A stretch of DNA of 64,000 bases from Eledone cirrhosa (GCA_964016885.1 OZ024743.1:301506001-301570000), one strand, 5' to 3'. Positions 1-13,837 are shown, counted from the stretch's first letter. Notes: generated from the sequence alone by a model not told the origin. Made by a program: numbers and translations.

Positions 1-548
1 ACAACTAGTGTAGTATTGGATGATAGTTGTCTTTTTTTAAGGCAGAAGAGAGATAAACAAAAAATAATGGCAACCGTATCCTGAACGTTACCAGCAAAAA
101 ATGCTATTTACACTTTAATTTACAAAAAAAACTACTTACACTTTAAAAAGTAAAGAAAATAAATCCCAGAGAAACAACAGTGTAAGGTAAAATGAGATTC
201 AAGGACACTGCTTCTCAATTTCACAAACTCATGTGAGAGTGAAAACCTTTATTTAAAAGCGAAACGAGATATATTTCGTCTTAACGTGCCAACAGATTTG
301 TTTAACAAATAAGCAAGTCTGTCATTTGCTTCATATTCATTCTTGGTCTTAAAATTATTCTATTTAGATAACGACATATCAATAACATTTAGATAATGCA
401 TTAGGGATGTATTAGCTTGCACGTTGCACGACTAATTCTCGTATGATGGCGCCTTTTAACATGAAACACAGACGTCAGCTATATATAGGAGTCTCATTTC
501 CCTTTAAGTTGTTTATACTTCTTTTAAGTTAGAAATAACGAAAGAGCA

Positions 549-748
549 NNNNNNNNNNNNNNNNNNNNNNNNNNNNNNNNNNNNNNNNNNNNNNNNNNNN
601 NNNNNNNNNNNNNNNNNNNNNNNNNNNNNNNNNNNNNNNNNNNNNNNNNNNNNNNNNNNNNNNNNNNNNNNNNNNNNNNNNNNNNNNNNNNNNNNNNNNN
701 NNNNNNNNNNNNNNNNNNNNNNNNNNNNNNNNNNNNNNNNNNNNNNNN
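549..748. other. Assembly gap (200 N)
   Basis: Run of N. Confidence 1.
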
Positions 749-1171
749 ATTATACACAACTGAATTCATTCGCCTAATATAAGTGTTGCCTCCCTTGCTG
801 AACTCCACGTGGGGTCAGTAATAGTCACACTTATGTATAGCATTTGGAGCAAAAACCCGTTGATAACAGGGGATCCTTGTTCAATCATCTTACCAGAAGC
901 CTAACAATCTTTATGTAGGCGGACAGTACCTGATTTATGGAGTCGCAGAAACCAAAAATATTGGATTTTACAAACCGTCCAGGGTCCGGGTAAATTTTCA
1001 ATCGCATATATTTTTATTGTTTGACCCGAATTGCTTGGTCCTTTGCTCTGGCTATGCGGATGATTTGTTTAACCATCATCTCAGTGTGTTTGGCCCTTAA
1101 CGTATGTTGTAGCTCTAATTCATATGAATCATCGAGCACTTGCCACACATCTCGCAGGTTGATTTTCGTTA

Positions 1172-1230
1172 ATTCCTGAGCTGAAATACGATTCCTGAGC
1201 TGAAATACGATTCCTGAGCTGAAATACGAT
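1172..1230 (+). repeat. 19-bp tandem repeat x3 (TTCCTGAGCTGAAATACGA)
   Basis: Three adjacent copies read directly. Confidence 0.85.
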
Positions 1231-1264
1231 TAAATATATATATAAAAGTTTACATATATCTATA

Positions 1265-1316
<52 letters not shown>

Positions 1317-1324
1317 CACATACA

Positions 1325-1713
1325 TACACGTGTTTTGCAACCGGTCACTTTGTGGCTCAATGAAAAATTAATAAATTAAACACTCAGAGCTATATATCAT
1401 AAAACATGTCTATAGAATCACAAGATGAAATATATACTATAGAATATAGTTAAATGTATTCTATTTTCTCCTAGTTTATTTTAAACCTAATTCTGCTTAG
1501 TTGACTGTATCTAGGCGATTACGCTGTCGTAATATTCGATAAATATTCCACTACGGCCGACGCGAAGCGCTTGTTTTGGTTATTTGTCGGAGATTCCTTC
1601 ATAGAAGCCTCATTCTTATAGCCTGGTTTATTCGATTTTTTATATAGTTAATTATGGTAATTGGGAGAGGAAATAGTATATATTTTATCTTGTGTTTCTA
1701 TAGACATATTTAA

Positions 1714-1716
<3 letters not shown>
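1325..1716 (+). mobile_element. Truncated copy of the non-coding repeat family at 57070-58315, with inverted terminal segment
   Basis: 1452-1716 matches 57357-57625. 1325-1440 is the reverse complement of the family 3' end (57578-57690). Flanked by (TA)n. Confidence 0.8.
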
Positions 1717-1786
<70 letters not shown>

Positions 1787-1915
1787 ACTAAGGAAGTGTG
1801 GTGTACGGAACCAGGTGGACCATAACACCCCAGAGTAGTCAATACATAGGAGTCCAAAAATAGCCCTTGAAACGGCTTCAGCTCTGCCGTCGGAGTCTTG
1901 AAAATGTTCCTATAC

Positions 1916-1949
<34 letters not shown>

Positions 1950-2245
1950 TTATATATATGTATACGTACATACCTATATGTATACAGACGTACAGTAGTA
2001 TGTATATATATACATGCATGCACACATATATATATGCACGTATCGGTTTACCGAACATTTATTATAATGCTCAGTTTGTTTGTTTGTAAACAAACAAACA
2101 GCCCGTTTCATTCTATTCCATTTATCGTTTTCGGTGTGCCCGGCCGACTGAACTCACTCGATATGCAAATTAGGCTGCTCAGCCGTTAATATGCATAAGG
2201 AAAGTATATACTTCCAGACGTTCAATCATCTGGCAGGAATGTATA

Positions 2246-2286
2246 CGATGTTGACGATAGATAATAAGCTTGAAACTAGTACATCG
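2246..2286 (+). ncRNA. Minimal type I hammerhead motif, mutated copy (TTGACGA core)
   Basis: cgatg-TTGACGA-tagataataagctt-GAAA-ctag-TA-catcg. Confidence 0.6.
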
Positions 2287-2639
2287 TTCCTGCGTCAGTG
2301 TTGAACAAAAAGAAGACGTGGTTGCCTAACCACTGTACGGCGTAATTCGGGCTGTTTGTTTGTCTACAAACAAACAAACCGAGCATTATAATAAATGTTC
2401 GGTAAACCGATATGTATGCATGTATGTATATATATACATACTAGTGTACGTCTGTATGTACGTATACATACATACATACTTACATTTAACTAAGTGCCGT
2501 ATTACGAGTGAGAAATGAAATTTTGTTTCATTCTATTCCATTTATTGTTTCGGTGTACCCGGCAGACAGAACTCATTCGATAATATGCATAAGGAAAGTA
2601 TATACTTTCAGACATTCAACCATCTGGCAGGAAGGTATA

Positions 2640-2680
2640 CGATGCTGACGATAGCTAATAAGCTTGAAACTAGTACATCG
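2640..2680 (+). ncRNA. Minimal type I hammerhead ribozyme motif
   Basis: Stem I cgatg/catcg, CTGACGA, stem II agct-aata-agct, GAAA, palindromic ctag, GUA cleavage triplet. Confidence 0.85.
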
Positions 2681-3021
2681 TTCCTGTGTCAGTGTTGAAA
2701 AAAAGTTGACGTGGTTGTCTAAACACTGTACGGTGTAATTCGGGCTGTTTGTTTGTTTACAATCTAACAAACCGAGCATTATAATAAATGTTCGGTAAAT
2801 CTATACGTGCATATATATATGTGTGCATGTATGTATATATATATACTAGTGTACGTCTGTATACATATATGTATGTACGTATACATACATACATAATTAT
2901 ATTTAAGTAAGTGCCGTACTAAGAGTGATAAATGAAATTTCGTTTCATTCTATTCCATTTTTATATATATACATATATATATAATTAGAGTAAACATCAC
3001 GCGCGCCTTATCTCAAAATTA

Positions 3022-3057
3022 TTTTTGAAAAGAATTAGAAATGCGCAACCGGTAAAA
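3022..3057 (+). ncRNA. Variant hammerhead motif (U3-A8, GCAA) in a Neptune-type pLTR fragment (~2990-3155)
   Basis: ttt-TTGAAAA-gaattagaaatgc-GCAA-ccgg-TA-aaa. Same motif at 22201, 37010 and 43933. Confidence 0.5.
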
Positions 3058-3359
3058 ACTTAAAACTAAAACTGAATACTAACCAATACTTATTACTAAA
3101 CTTTATTTTTCCAAAATAAACTATTTTTCACTGGGAACAGTTTGTCAGCACTTTCTCTTATATATATATATATATATATATATTATGATGTTATTTATTT
3201 TGAGAAAAAATAACTTAACATAAGTATGCGCAGTCGGTTACAGCGAGTTTGAACAGAAACAGGTGAGGGAATTCAGGACTGATATCGCCGGTTCAGATGC
3301 TAAAGGGTTAACCCGGTTGACCGCGACTTCGTGTTGGTATATAACCAACACATACTCAA

Positions 3360-3493
<134 letters not shown>

Positions 3494-3993
3494 AGTATAT
3501 TTACCAACATATGCGTACAGGTGTACACTAATGCTAGCAAATACATAAGTTATGTCATAGTACCTAGGTGGTTCAATGCAGGAGGATGGTAATTCTCTAT
3601 ATTTATCTCCAAATAATTTATTTGTTGAGCAAACTTGCCAAATCCACTACTAATCCATTGTAGTGGTAGTAGGCTTTTTTATTATACCAACCCACTCCTT
3701 CTGACTAGCCTCAGTGTCACGTGATTGATTCTTTAGAATCTGCCATTTGACCAGAGATAGTGAACTTTTTCAGTGCAATGGAATTTAGTCCCCGCCAGCT
3801 GTTCCATCCACCGAAGTATTATTTTTATATGAGTCCCTAGTGCCCGCGCATTGCCTGGAGACTTAGCTGAGAATAGACTCCCTGATGACGTAATGAATTC
3901 TCGATGGTTACATTTCGTGTTTCTAACTCCGGAGTAAACAGACCCATCTGCGCACTTCGAGTTGGTATATAACAAACACATACTCAAATGTAT

Positions 3994-4063
<70 letters not shown>

Positions 4064-4123
4064 GAAAGACGTAAAGTAAGAACATTTTAAAAATTAAAAA
4101 TTAACTTACTTGCTAACATTTTT

Positions 4124-4197
4124 ACTCCAACTAATTAGTTTCTGTAATGGGATAAAGATAGTTACGAAATGTAACCATCGAGAATTCATTACGTCAT
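4124..4197 (-). ncRNA. Hammerhead motif with ~50-nt stem II, 5' end clipped; 5' half present at 3877-3917 (+)
   Basis: Composite: actcc-CTGATGA-c gtaatg..gatggttac atttc gtaactatc..cattac a-GAAA-ctaattag-TT-ggagt. Confidence 0.6.
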
Positions 4198-4199
4198 TC

Positions 4200-4698
4200 A
4201 TTGTGTTTATATGTGGGTAGAGATGTGTGCTGATGTAGGTATGTATGTTGACGTGTGTATGTTGTGGGTTCGTCTTAGGGAGAAGTGTTTAGACGGGGTC
4301 CGTATTTGTTATTGAAGTAACAAATACATAGGCCAGACCAAAAACAGCCTCCGCCAACGCATGACTGTCCATAGATCCCAAATTAAAATACGGGAATACA
4401 GGAAAATACCACTGAGTGAACACATTGATACCTGTCCCGCCCAAAATCATCCCAACTTCAGAATCTTTCCCCTCTACAAATTTAAAGATAATGCCACCCA
4501 CACCCAGCGCATCAGCAAAGAATCTTACGTCATTAACAAATACGGACCCCGTCTAAACACTTCTCCCTAAGACGAACCCACAACATACACACGTCAACAT
4601 ACATACCTACATCAGCACACATCTCTACCCACATATAAATACAATGACATACGTAAACACACATGCTCTATGGTGCAACACAAACAAATATATGTGTG

Positions 4699-4734
<36 letters not shown>

Positions 4735-4925
4735 TATATATATGTATATATATATAGTGAATATATGTATGTGTATATATATAGTGAATATCATTTCACA
4801 CCTTTTATTGTTAAGATTTTTGATGTTCTATTAAGAGAACCGATTTTACTGAAAAAATCGAATAATGTACACCATTTTACCAGGGGGAAAAAATACTGGT
4901 CCACCCACACACACACACACATTCT

Positions 4926-5020
<95 letters not shown>

Positions 5021-5075
5021 TTCTCCGTATAAGACAACAGCTGAAAAATATCTTTTGACATGCTAAAATACGAGC
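4200..5075 (+). mobile_element. 5'-truncated Neptune-type PLE (GIY-YIG end plus 3' UTR) with inverted 5' segment
   Basis: 4320-4570 encodes YIGQTKNSLRQRMTVHRSQIK..HIDTC..IFPLYK. 4200-4310 is the reverse complement of 4535-4647. Same family as 22090-25015. Confidence 0.9.
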
Positions 5076-5455
5076 ACTATATATTACATTATATTCAACA
5101 CTCTAAAAAAACTTTAACAGACATGCATTTAAACCTATTAAGAAAACCAGATGATTAATGAGATTTCTTATTCGAAAATAAGATTTCGCGTTACATATCT
5201 GGTGTTACATATCTGGTGCATCCTGTCCGATCTCCATTTGGAAAGCATTGACACTGTGCTTAAATAACTACAGCTACAACACCATTTCAAACACTATTGA
5301 CGTCAAAAATACTCTGTGCTTCCCAACGAAGCTCTCCCTCACCCTCTCACTCTTCTACACACTATCTCTCTATCTCCATTTTTTCTAAACACAAAAATAT
5401 ATAATATATATATATATATATACATAAATATACATATATATATACATATATATAC

Positions 5456-5564
<109 letters not shown>

Positions 5565-8259
5565 TACAAACACAAACAGAATAACACCTATATCCGAGAC
5601 AGATTCCATATAAACAGAGTGACAATGAGGGGTAATGCGGGAACCAATGTAACTAAAGAAAAAACACAGAGAGCACATCACCGTTAAAGACACAAATGCA
5701 AATACTCCACTAAAAAAACAACCGAAAACACTTTAAAGCTACCACCACCAAAACCACCACAATCACAACACCCACAAATAAAAAATATATATATACAAGA
5801 ACAGCGAATGACACAGACTCCAAACTTCGTAGAATGAGGCCCATCATTGAAGAATTGATGACCTACATAGCCTGAAGTGAGGTTTATAAAAACAACTCAT
5901 TCAAAGTGACACAAAGTCTAATGCTTATTGCCTGCCAGAAAGACAGTGTGGGAATTACTAATAGGCTTTAAAAGGAATTCCCAAAGGAACCTAAATATTA
6001 CAAGGAGATCAAACCAGCTGATCTGCAACAGTATCTGGAGGGAAAATAACACCATTTTTATCTTAACTCTTTCTGGCCAACATGGCAATTTTAAGAGTGA
6101 ATTGCTGACATTTTTATTTCATTTTGTTTTTTGTTTCAATCTGCCATGCTTACATTCATCATTTCAGTAATATTTTCAGCAACTCTGCATGTTTTGAGTG
6201 GTGAGTTGTAAATCATGTATCATTTTCTAATCAATCTAATCCATTGCGAAACAAATTTTTATTCCTTTCAACTCATTAGTTACAATCTGTTCTCCCTCTA
6301 GGTGCGTATATATATTTTCTTCAACTGCAACTGCTAAAGCTTTTCATAGAAGAAGAAGACCTATTACACTGTAGCTTGACACATCAGCTCTCTATTTGAC
6401 TTTCTTGATAAGCGTAGTGTTGCTCTGAGACATCCAATTTGTGATAATTCCACTCCGGCGAAGAAAAATATTCAATGAATTCAACAGCACTTTCTTCGAT
6501 ATTTTGACGTTATTCAGCTAGAAATGTGCCACCTGCCTAGTCCGGCTGATTTCCAGGGAAGAGGCTTTGCAGATTGTATTAAAATGAGCTCCGAATAGAT
6601 TCATATATCAACTTGCTTGTTCACTTAGATCTTTTTTTAATTATACTTTCTATTCCAATTAACTATTGTTGCTACATCTATCCGAATGTATTCACTTCTC
6701 TCTACATTTGGTTCTATATAGTTGTGTCATTCTAGTGTCTCATTTCTGATTATTCTGAAACAACGTGATCTGCTAGATCAGATATATCGTATTTCTTTAT
6801 CATGCCTATGGGTTTTGTCACACGTTGTTTTAGTTACACAACGTGCCTCTCGTTTTGACATTGTATTTTTTTCCAGTATATTGAGGAGTCATTTCCAAAG
6901 TGCATATTTTTAGAAAATGCAGATTGCTCTTATCTCGTCTCAGAATCTTTGTGGCATATTTTAACTATGTTGCCTCAGGTTATTTGGTTATCCATTCTCT
7001 GTTTAAGTAATTTGTAGCTAACAACTTTGGTTAGGGCTAATGTTGCCGTCTATTGTATTTCATTTACCTTCAAATAGGAATTTAGTGGTACATATATTGT
7101 AGCATAGTCAAATTAATATATTCTTTACGTTACATTCTTCCAATGAAGTGTGCTTATATTAGCACGTTTCTCGATACATTTTCGGTTTAATTTGTTAATA
7201 TTTAGCTCCAAACATCAATCTCTACATCACTCAAACATCCGGTATAATTTTCAATGTTATTTCCCCTGTATTCAATATATTCCGATCACAGCGATGGTGC
7301 CACATATTTTATTATATTTACTTAGATATATTTCATATTCACCATTAGTTCGAGTCAGGCCCTCTCTATCTCTTAATTCAAAGGTCAACACGCAGACGGT
7401 ATGATTGTCTAGATAGTTTAATTTCTATCAATAGAATGACACCAATTTATTTCCACATTGCACTCTTTGTTTGGCTGTGCCATCTCTAATTTCTTACGCT
7501 CATAAACCAGACTTCCATTACCATTTTATTTGGTAGGCTCATGGAGGCTGTTTATTATTTTGCGCTGTTACTTTCAGCATCACTACTTTGTACTCACCAG
7601 CCACGAATTTCATTATCTCATACATCTCCCTCTCTGATAGGCTCCCATTAATGTTAATCAATATACCATGTCTAATCATTTTTATTTCAGTATTTTCCAG
7701 TTCAAGTCGTCTTCCACAATTTAAGGTTATAATTCTAAAACTGCTTCACTAATGACATTTCGTAGCTATATCGTTGAGCTTTCTCGACCATAATATTGGT
7801 ATTGTTTTATCTCCGCTGGTATTGTTCTATCAATCAACACCACAATTCCCAAATCTCTAGTTTCACGTATTTATATTTGCTCAAAGTTTTCAAAGGTTTC
7901 ACGGATACATTATTATCTATAGCAAAGGTCAAGTTAATTAACAGGAATATATTCTGTTGAAAATCCTTCAATATTATTTCCGACTTATTTGCTTCTATCT
8001 TCCGCCCTGTTTCAATGCTAAAGTTCCACAGAATTGAAATGTTGACTTTTCAAGTACGCGCAATGGTTGGTTATTCCACCAATGACTTTCATGAAGTAGG
8101 TCAGAATGCCAGCACATTATGCAATCTATGGATTGTGCAGATGTACCGTGTATGTTAAAGTATTCTGTTAAATATTGTCATTGCTTATGATTAATGACTT
8201 CTAGTTGTTCTTTACACATATGACATAATGGGTTCCAACCATATTTTAAAATTAATTTG

Positions 8260-8260
<1 letters not shown>

Positions 8261-8290
<30 letters not shown>

Positions 8291-8326
8291 CTTCTTCTTC
8301 TTCTTCTTCTTCTTCTTCTTCTTCTT

Positions 8327-8356
<30 letters not shown>
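8261..8356. repeat. (TTC)n microsatellite
   Basis: Direct reading. Confidence 0.98.
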
Positions 8357-8357
<1 letters not shown>

Positions 8358-8897
8358 ATATTATTATTATTATTACTGTTTATAATAATTTCATTTTCAA
8401 TATTATTTTACCTAAACATATTATGTTAGAAATCGTATCATAAACAATAAATACAATAATATGGAAAACGCTGTCCATTCTAAAACGGCTACAATACGAT
8501 AATAAAAGAAGAAAAAGAAAAAAAGAAAAAGCAAAGCAGATATGAACCAGTGTATACAAGAAACCAAAACGAAATAAAAGTATCGCCTGAATTTCGCATG
8601 AGTAATTCTTAATGGAATGTAAGAAAAATTATATATTTAAATATGGAGACAGGATGTAGAGGTTAGCAAGATGTGAGTTATTTCTCTTTACCCGAAGCAG
8701 CTGGTAGCCCGGCTGAAAATGTTATGTAAAGGGATATTTTTTATAGGATATTTGAATCGAATATTTAATATTCCTTGTATAATAAATTGAATAAAAAAGT
8801 ATTGTTAGATTCAGCTCCAATCGTATTAACTTTATCGTTTCTCCTCCATTCTAAATGAATATGCAAACACTCACACAAATACCCATATATATATATA

Positions 8898-11800
8898 TGG
8901 TCCTGGGTATGACATTAAACTACATCCAGTGGCAAGGCTCCAGTTCGGGAGTTAAGAAGATGTGGGGAATGTGGAGTTAACCCTTAGTTGTCATGACTCC
9001 CAGGTCTGCCCTAGCCCGGGGTGGTAGTACCTGTTAGGGCTCCATTTATGGGTTAAATAACTACCTTATTCGAGTGGCGCCGGTAAGGTATTGTCAGCCA
9101 TTGAAAAGAAATATGGAGAGTCGATCTAACAGCACTAGGGTTAGGGCCCCTAATTACACTGTCAAGGAGCAGCCTGGTCGTTATGACTCTGCTGGCATAG
9201 AGCCACAGAGAGGGCTAGTGGATGATGGATCAGCTGTCTCTGAGACAAATATAAAGAATGCAGTTTTGTCGTGCAGAGGAGCCATCAAAATGGGCACTTT
9301 GAATGTGAGGACTATTCGGACGATGGAGAAGAGAGAGGAGTTGGGACATCTGTTCGAGGAGAATGGTATACAGATACTTTCGATCCAAGAACACACGATT
9401 CTACACGATGAGCCAGTGAGGAGTGTGATGATCAGGAGGGAGAGCCAGCTCATCACTACATCGACAGTGAAGAACACAACAAATGCTGCAGTAGGAGGAG
9501 TGGGCTTTGTGTTCAGTGCAAAAACCAATCTGTTGGTGAGGGAAATAATGCCTATCTCCCCGCAAGTGTTGAGGGTGACCTTCAATGGAAACCCAAGACT
9601 GACAGTCATCTCAGTCTATAGTCCAACCGAGGGGGACAGTGATGTGAATGCGGAAGAGTTCCGTGAGGAGGTGTGTAGAGCTGTCAACACCACTCAGGCA
9701 CACAATATCCTGCTTGTTTTGGGGGACTTCAATGCACATCTGAGTAAGGCGGGCAGTGAAGATCCTTGCTGGTACTTCCATAACAACACCAACCGAAATG
9801 GAAGACTACTGAGAGACACCCTGCTGGAGGCGAACTTGATGGCGACCAACCTAAGGTTTAGGAAGAATCTGGGGAAGATGTGGACCTACATCTCAGATAT
9901 GCACCTGTCCAAGTCCCAGATTGATTTCATTCTGGTGAGGAAAAAGTGGCGGAATAGGGTTCTGAACACGGAACCATACAGCTATTTCAGTACACTGGGT
10001 AGTAACCACCGGCTTGTTATGAGTGAGGTCCGCTGAGCTTAAGAAAGAGCAAGGCTCAGCCACGGAGAACAATCTATGACTGGGGAGCTTTCAAGGAAGA
10101 TGATAAGCTACAGGAGAGGTTCACAGTGGAAGTGAGAAATAGGTTTACTGCTCTGTGTGGAAAGTCAGAGGAGAGAGAGATTGGATGGACTGAGGAGAGT
10201 GTGACGAGGAGGTACTGGCACTTCACCAATGCAGTGGCGGAAGCAAGTGAAACCCTGATGCCGAGGAAAAAGAACAAAGGGAAGCACGTCAGCTCTGCAA
10301 ACCCCAAACTGTGTGCAGCCAGAGAACACCTGAAAGCTGCCAGGGACCAATTTTATGCTGATCCTACGGAGGAGAGGATGGAGACTGTGGAGGTGATGAG
10401 GGAAGAGCTCTGTACCGCTTACACTGAGGTCAGAGAGGAGGCACTGATAGAGAAGATCAGAAGTGTGGAGAGAGCGGTTGATAGATCTGGATGTAAGGAG
10501 AGCTGGATGATCATCAACGAGATCACAGGGAGGAAGAGAATGTGTTCGAGTCAGATCCAGGGAACGGGACCCGAGGATAGGAAGAGGAAATGGCTAGACA
10601 ATTTTAAGAGCCTACTAGGAGAGCCACCCTCCACAGCCTAGAGCACTGGGGAGATCAGGCGGCTGTTTGAGGAACTGGATGTTGAGACAGAGCCCTTCAC
10701 CAGAGAGGAGCTTCAGAGAGCCAAGAAGAAGATCAAGGAGGGCAAGGCTCATGGAGAAGATGGGGTGGCATCAGAGGTGATGAAGAGGTGTGATTTTGAT
10801 GATATCATCCTGGGGTTCTGTAACGGGGCACTGGAGAAAGGAGTTGCCCCGAATCAGTGGAGGATCAGTAACATCGTCCCAGTGCCAAAGAAGGGAGATC
10901 TCTCTAACACCAACAACTACCGGGGGATCTCACTGACGTCACTTGTGGCAAAGACCCTCAACAGGATGATTCTTAACAGGATCCAGCCTGAGATGGAGAA
11001 GCTGAGGGACAACCAGAACGGCTTCAGAGAGGGTAGATCAACCACCAGTCACATCCTATGCTGAGGAGGATATTAGAGGGAGCTAGGGCAAAGTGCCTTC
11101 CTGCGGTCATGGTTTTCATTGACTTTAGGAACGCCTTTGATTCTGTGGACCGTTACTGCCTGATGAAGATATTACAGGCTTATGGAATCCGCAAGAAGAT
11201 AGTGGACCTGATATCACTGCTCTACACCAACACCAAAGCCCAAGTCATTACACCTGATGGGTTGACAGAGTTCTTTGAGATACTGGCTGGAGTGCTCCCG
11301 GGAGATACATTGGCTCCCTAACTTTTTATCATCGTAGTGGACTATTGTATGTGCCTTGCACTGGAGAAACACCAGGACTCTGGCTTTACTGTAGCACCGG
11401 CTCAGAGCAGAAGAGTTAGGGTGAAAAAGGTATCGGATGCTGAATTTGACGACGACATAGTTTTGGTGACAAATACAGTGGAGGAGGCAGAGGATTTGAG
11501 GCGTGAGGTTGAGACTGTGTCGATGAGTGTGGGGCTGAGAATGAATGAGACTAAAACAACATATGTGGTAGAGAATGTTGAGAAGCCAGAGGGGATCACT
11601 AATGTAGGCGGGAAGCCGCTGGAATTGGTTGAGGACTTCCTGTATTTGGGAGCAAAGATTGGGAATACGGAAGATGATGTGGTTGAGAGGAAGAGCAAGG
11701 CCTGGGCGGCGTGCCACAGCTTGAGATCGGTGTGGAAGTCGGACCTTCGTAGAGACCTGAAAATCCGCCTCTTCATTTCTGTAGTGGAGTCTGTGCTGCT

Positions 11801-12060
11801 GTATGGGTCTGAGACTTGGACACTGACCAAGAAACTCACTCAGATGGTGGATGGGTGCTACACGAGAATGCTGAGGATGGCTCTGAAAATTAATCAGTAT
11901 ACAATGAGGATGAAACACTCAGAGCAGTATGGGAGCATCCCAAAAGTCAGCTCAAAAGTGACACAGAGGAGACTGAGGTTGGCTGGACATGCTCACCGAC
12001 ATCCAGAGTTGACATTGCACTCAGTGCTCCTTTGGGAGCCCCTACATGGACACACTAGAA
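8898..12060 (+). mobile_element. RTE-clade LINE (APE endonuclease + reverse transcriptase), decayed and 3'-truncated
   Basis: APE motifs GTLNVRT, IQEH, VYSPT, LGDFNA, QIDFIL. RT motifs NYRGISL, QNGFR, FIDFRNAFDSV, GVLPGDTLAP, EFDDD, FLYLG, LLYGSETW, RLRLAGH. Frameshifts near 10033, 11058 and 11319, and a TAG at 10639 (CAG in the second copy). Single APE-RT ORF. Confidence 0.93.
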
Positions 12061-12255
12061 GAAAATTGCAAACTCGACTGTCACCACATATTATGAACCT
12101 GAAGATTGCGAAAGCATGAAAGTACTCGTTCAATTAACACTTAGAATGTAATATTCTATCATACTATTTCATTATAATACCATTATATATATTTTAAAGG
12201 ATTGTAAATAAAACGAGTAAATCAGACAAAGTTGGAATTCCTCTTATTAATATAA
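12061..12255 (+). mobile_element. PLE pseudo-LTR fragment replacing the LINE 3' end
   Basis: Near-identical to the reverse complement of 17548-17743. Confidence 0.85.
12094..12132 (+). ncRNA. Minimal type I hammerhead ribozyme motif
   Basis: tgaac-CTGAAGA-ttgc gaaa gcat-GAAA-gtac-TC-gttca. 5-bp stem I, palindromic loop III. Confidence 0.88.
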
Positions 12256-12302
12256 TCTTCTATACACAATCATACACACCCTTGTATATTTACCTATCTA
12301 TA

Positions 12303-12382
<80 letters not shown>

Positions 12383-12509
12383 TATATATATATATATATA
12401 TTGTTATACTTGGGGAGTGTTATATTGTTGTAATAATATTGCCAGAATTACTAACAGAATACACTCAATGTAAATGTGTCTGTGGGCGTATGTGTGTGCA
12501 CAAACATAA

Positions 12510-12835
12510 TATCGGCGTTTCCCTGAGGCCCGGTCTCCGGATCTGCCAGCCACACCAATGTCGCTGAGGCTCCCCCGTGGACCCTTTCGGCCTCCACCCT
12601 CTTTCCTGTCGCCACAGTGCCGGCCGCATTCCACGCCAAGCTGCCCTCGACGAGGTCATTAAGCATGGCTTGTATGCTGCAGGCTTCCCTTCCCAGCTCG
12701 AGCCGGTGGGGCTGGATTGAGTGGACGGCAAAAGGCCAGATGTCATGACAATTTTCTCGTTCCGCGTCTGGGATGCCACTTGCACCGACACATTCTGCAG
12801 CCGCAACCTGGTGCAGACTGCGACTGACCCAGGGG
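12510..12835 (+). pseudogene. CRE-clade non-LTR retrotransposon C-terminal fragment (zinc knuckle + restriction-like endonuclease)
   Basis: Manual translation [77 protein letters not shown]-rich island with two stops. Confidence 0.8.
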
Positions 12836-13787
12836 AAACGCCCTCCGGGGAAACGCCTTCTCCTTTCTGTCCGCCGGGGCTGTGGGTGGGCCCCTATCGC
12901 GTACCGTTCTAGTTGTTGTAGAAGAAACAGGAAGACACATCTAATTTATTATATATATAAATATTTACAGCAACTTTCAAGCGTGAATAATCAACTGTTC
13001 CCTTTTGTTATGTATAATTCTTGCACGAATCCTATATAAATACCGGATCTGTCAGAAGAGTAACAAGACTGGGCTCACAAAAAGTATATTTCAATTCCTG
13101 ACAATATACAACATATTCTCCCCTTCAAAGATATCACCTTCAAATCTAATACAATTTTGCATCCTTCTCTAACGCAATTCTATGCACTGCTGAAAGGATT
13201 CTACTAGTATGCCCCTCTGTTTCGTTGTTATGACCCTCTTGATGGAATCAGCGACTTCAAAACGGATCAACTACATGAGCTTCGACGAAATAAAAACGTC
13301 ACACGGAACAAGAACAGCACATTTGGGATCAGTTCACAAGTCAACATACGACTGGCACGCACCAGCTGCCTGACACGATCAAAGTTAGCCTAAGTCATGC
13401 TCGTTAAACGTTTCCCGTTCTTGTGGTCGTCTCCCAGGTCCCCACATCTGTTTAAACCTGTTGTGAGACTCGAAAATTCGTGAGCGCGATATCGTCTCAT
13501 CTCCGTTGTGTGAATGCTTCTGACGGAGTGTTTCCCTGCCAGAGGAAAAACTTGACGTTAGTTTGTTACACTGTGCTCATCACTTGACGTCTTATAATTG
13601 ATTAACTCTTAACAATAGAACCCCATAAGAATACAATGCCTGTAGAATGGTGAGCTAGTAGTTATATAGTATATACTCCTCCAATATTGCGTCACACGGT
13701 GAAGCAACATGCTAATCCCTACCTCCCTCACAGTTCACACAGCACTCTAAGTCCTGGTACCTTCCAGGCACACCTCGTAAATATATA

Positions 13788-13836
<49 letters not shown>

Positions 13837-13837
13837 G

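Larger units (their letters stand above)
1960..2960 (+). mobile_element. Non-coding PLE-derived/retrozyme-like element: inverted tail plus two ~400-420 bp tandem units
   Basis: GTTTCATTCTATTCCATTT recurs at 2105, 2525 and 2942. 1960-2105 is the reverse complement of ~2348-2480. One hammerhead motif per unit. A further tail copy lies at ~31950-32128. Confidence 0.8.

Noticed and set aside
5900-8200. Possible very old minus-strand LINE; similar hints at ~33000-33560 and 35287-35490 (TSDTVNH)
   Set aside because: Only faint motif resemblance. Needs a profile-HMM search.
8898-9235. HDV-like ribozyme in the RTE 5' region
   Set aside because: RTE elements can carry one, but I could not trace the nested double pseudoknot by eye.
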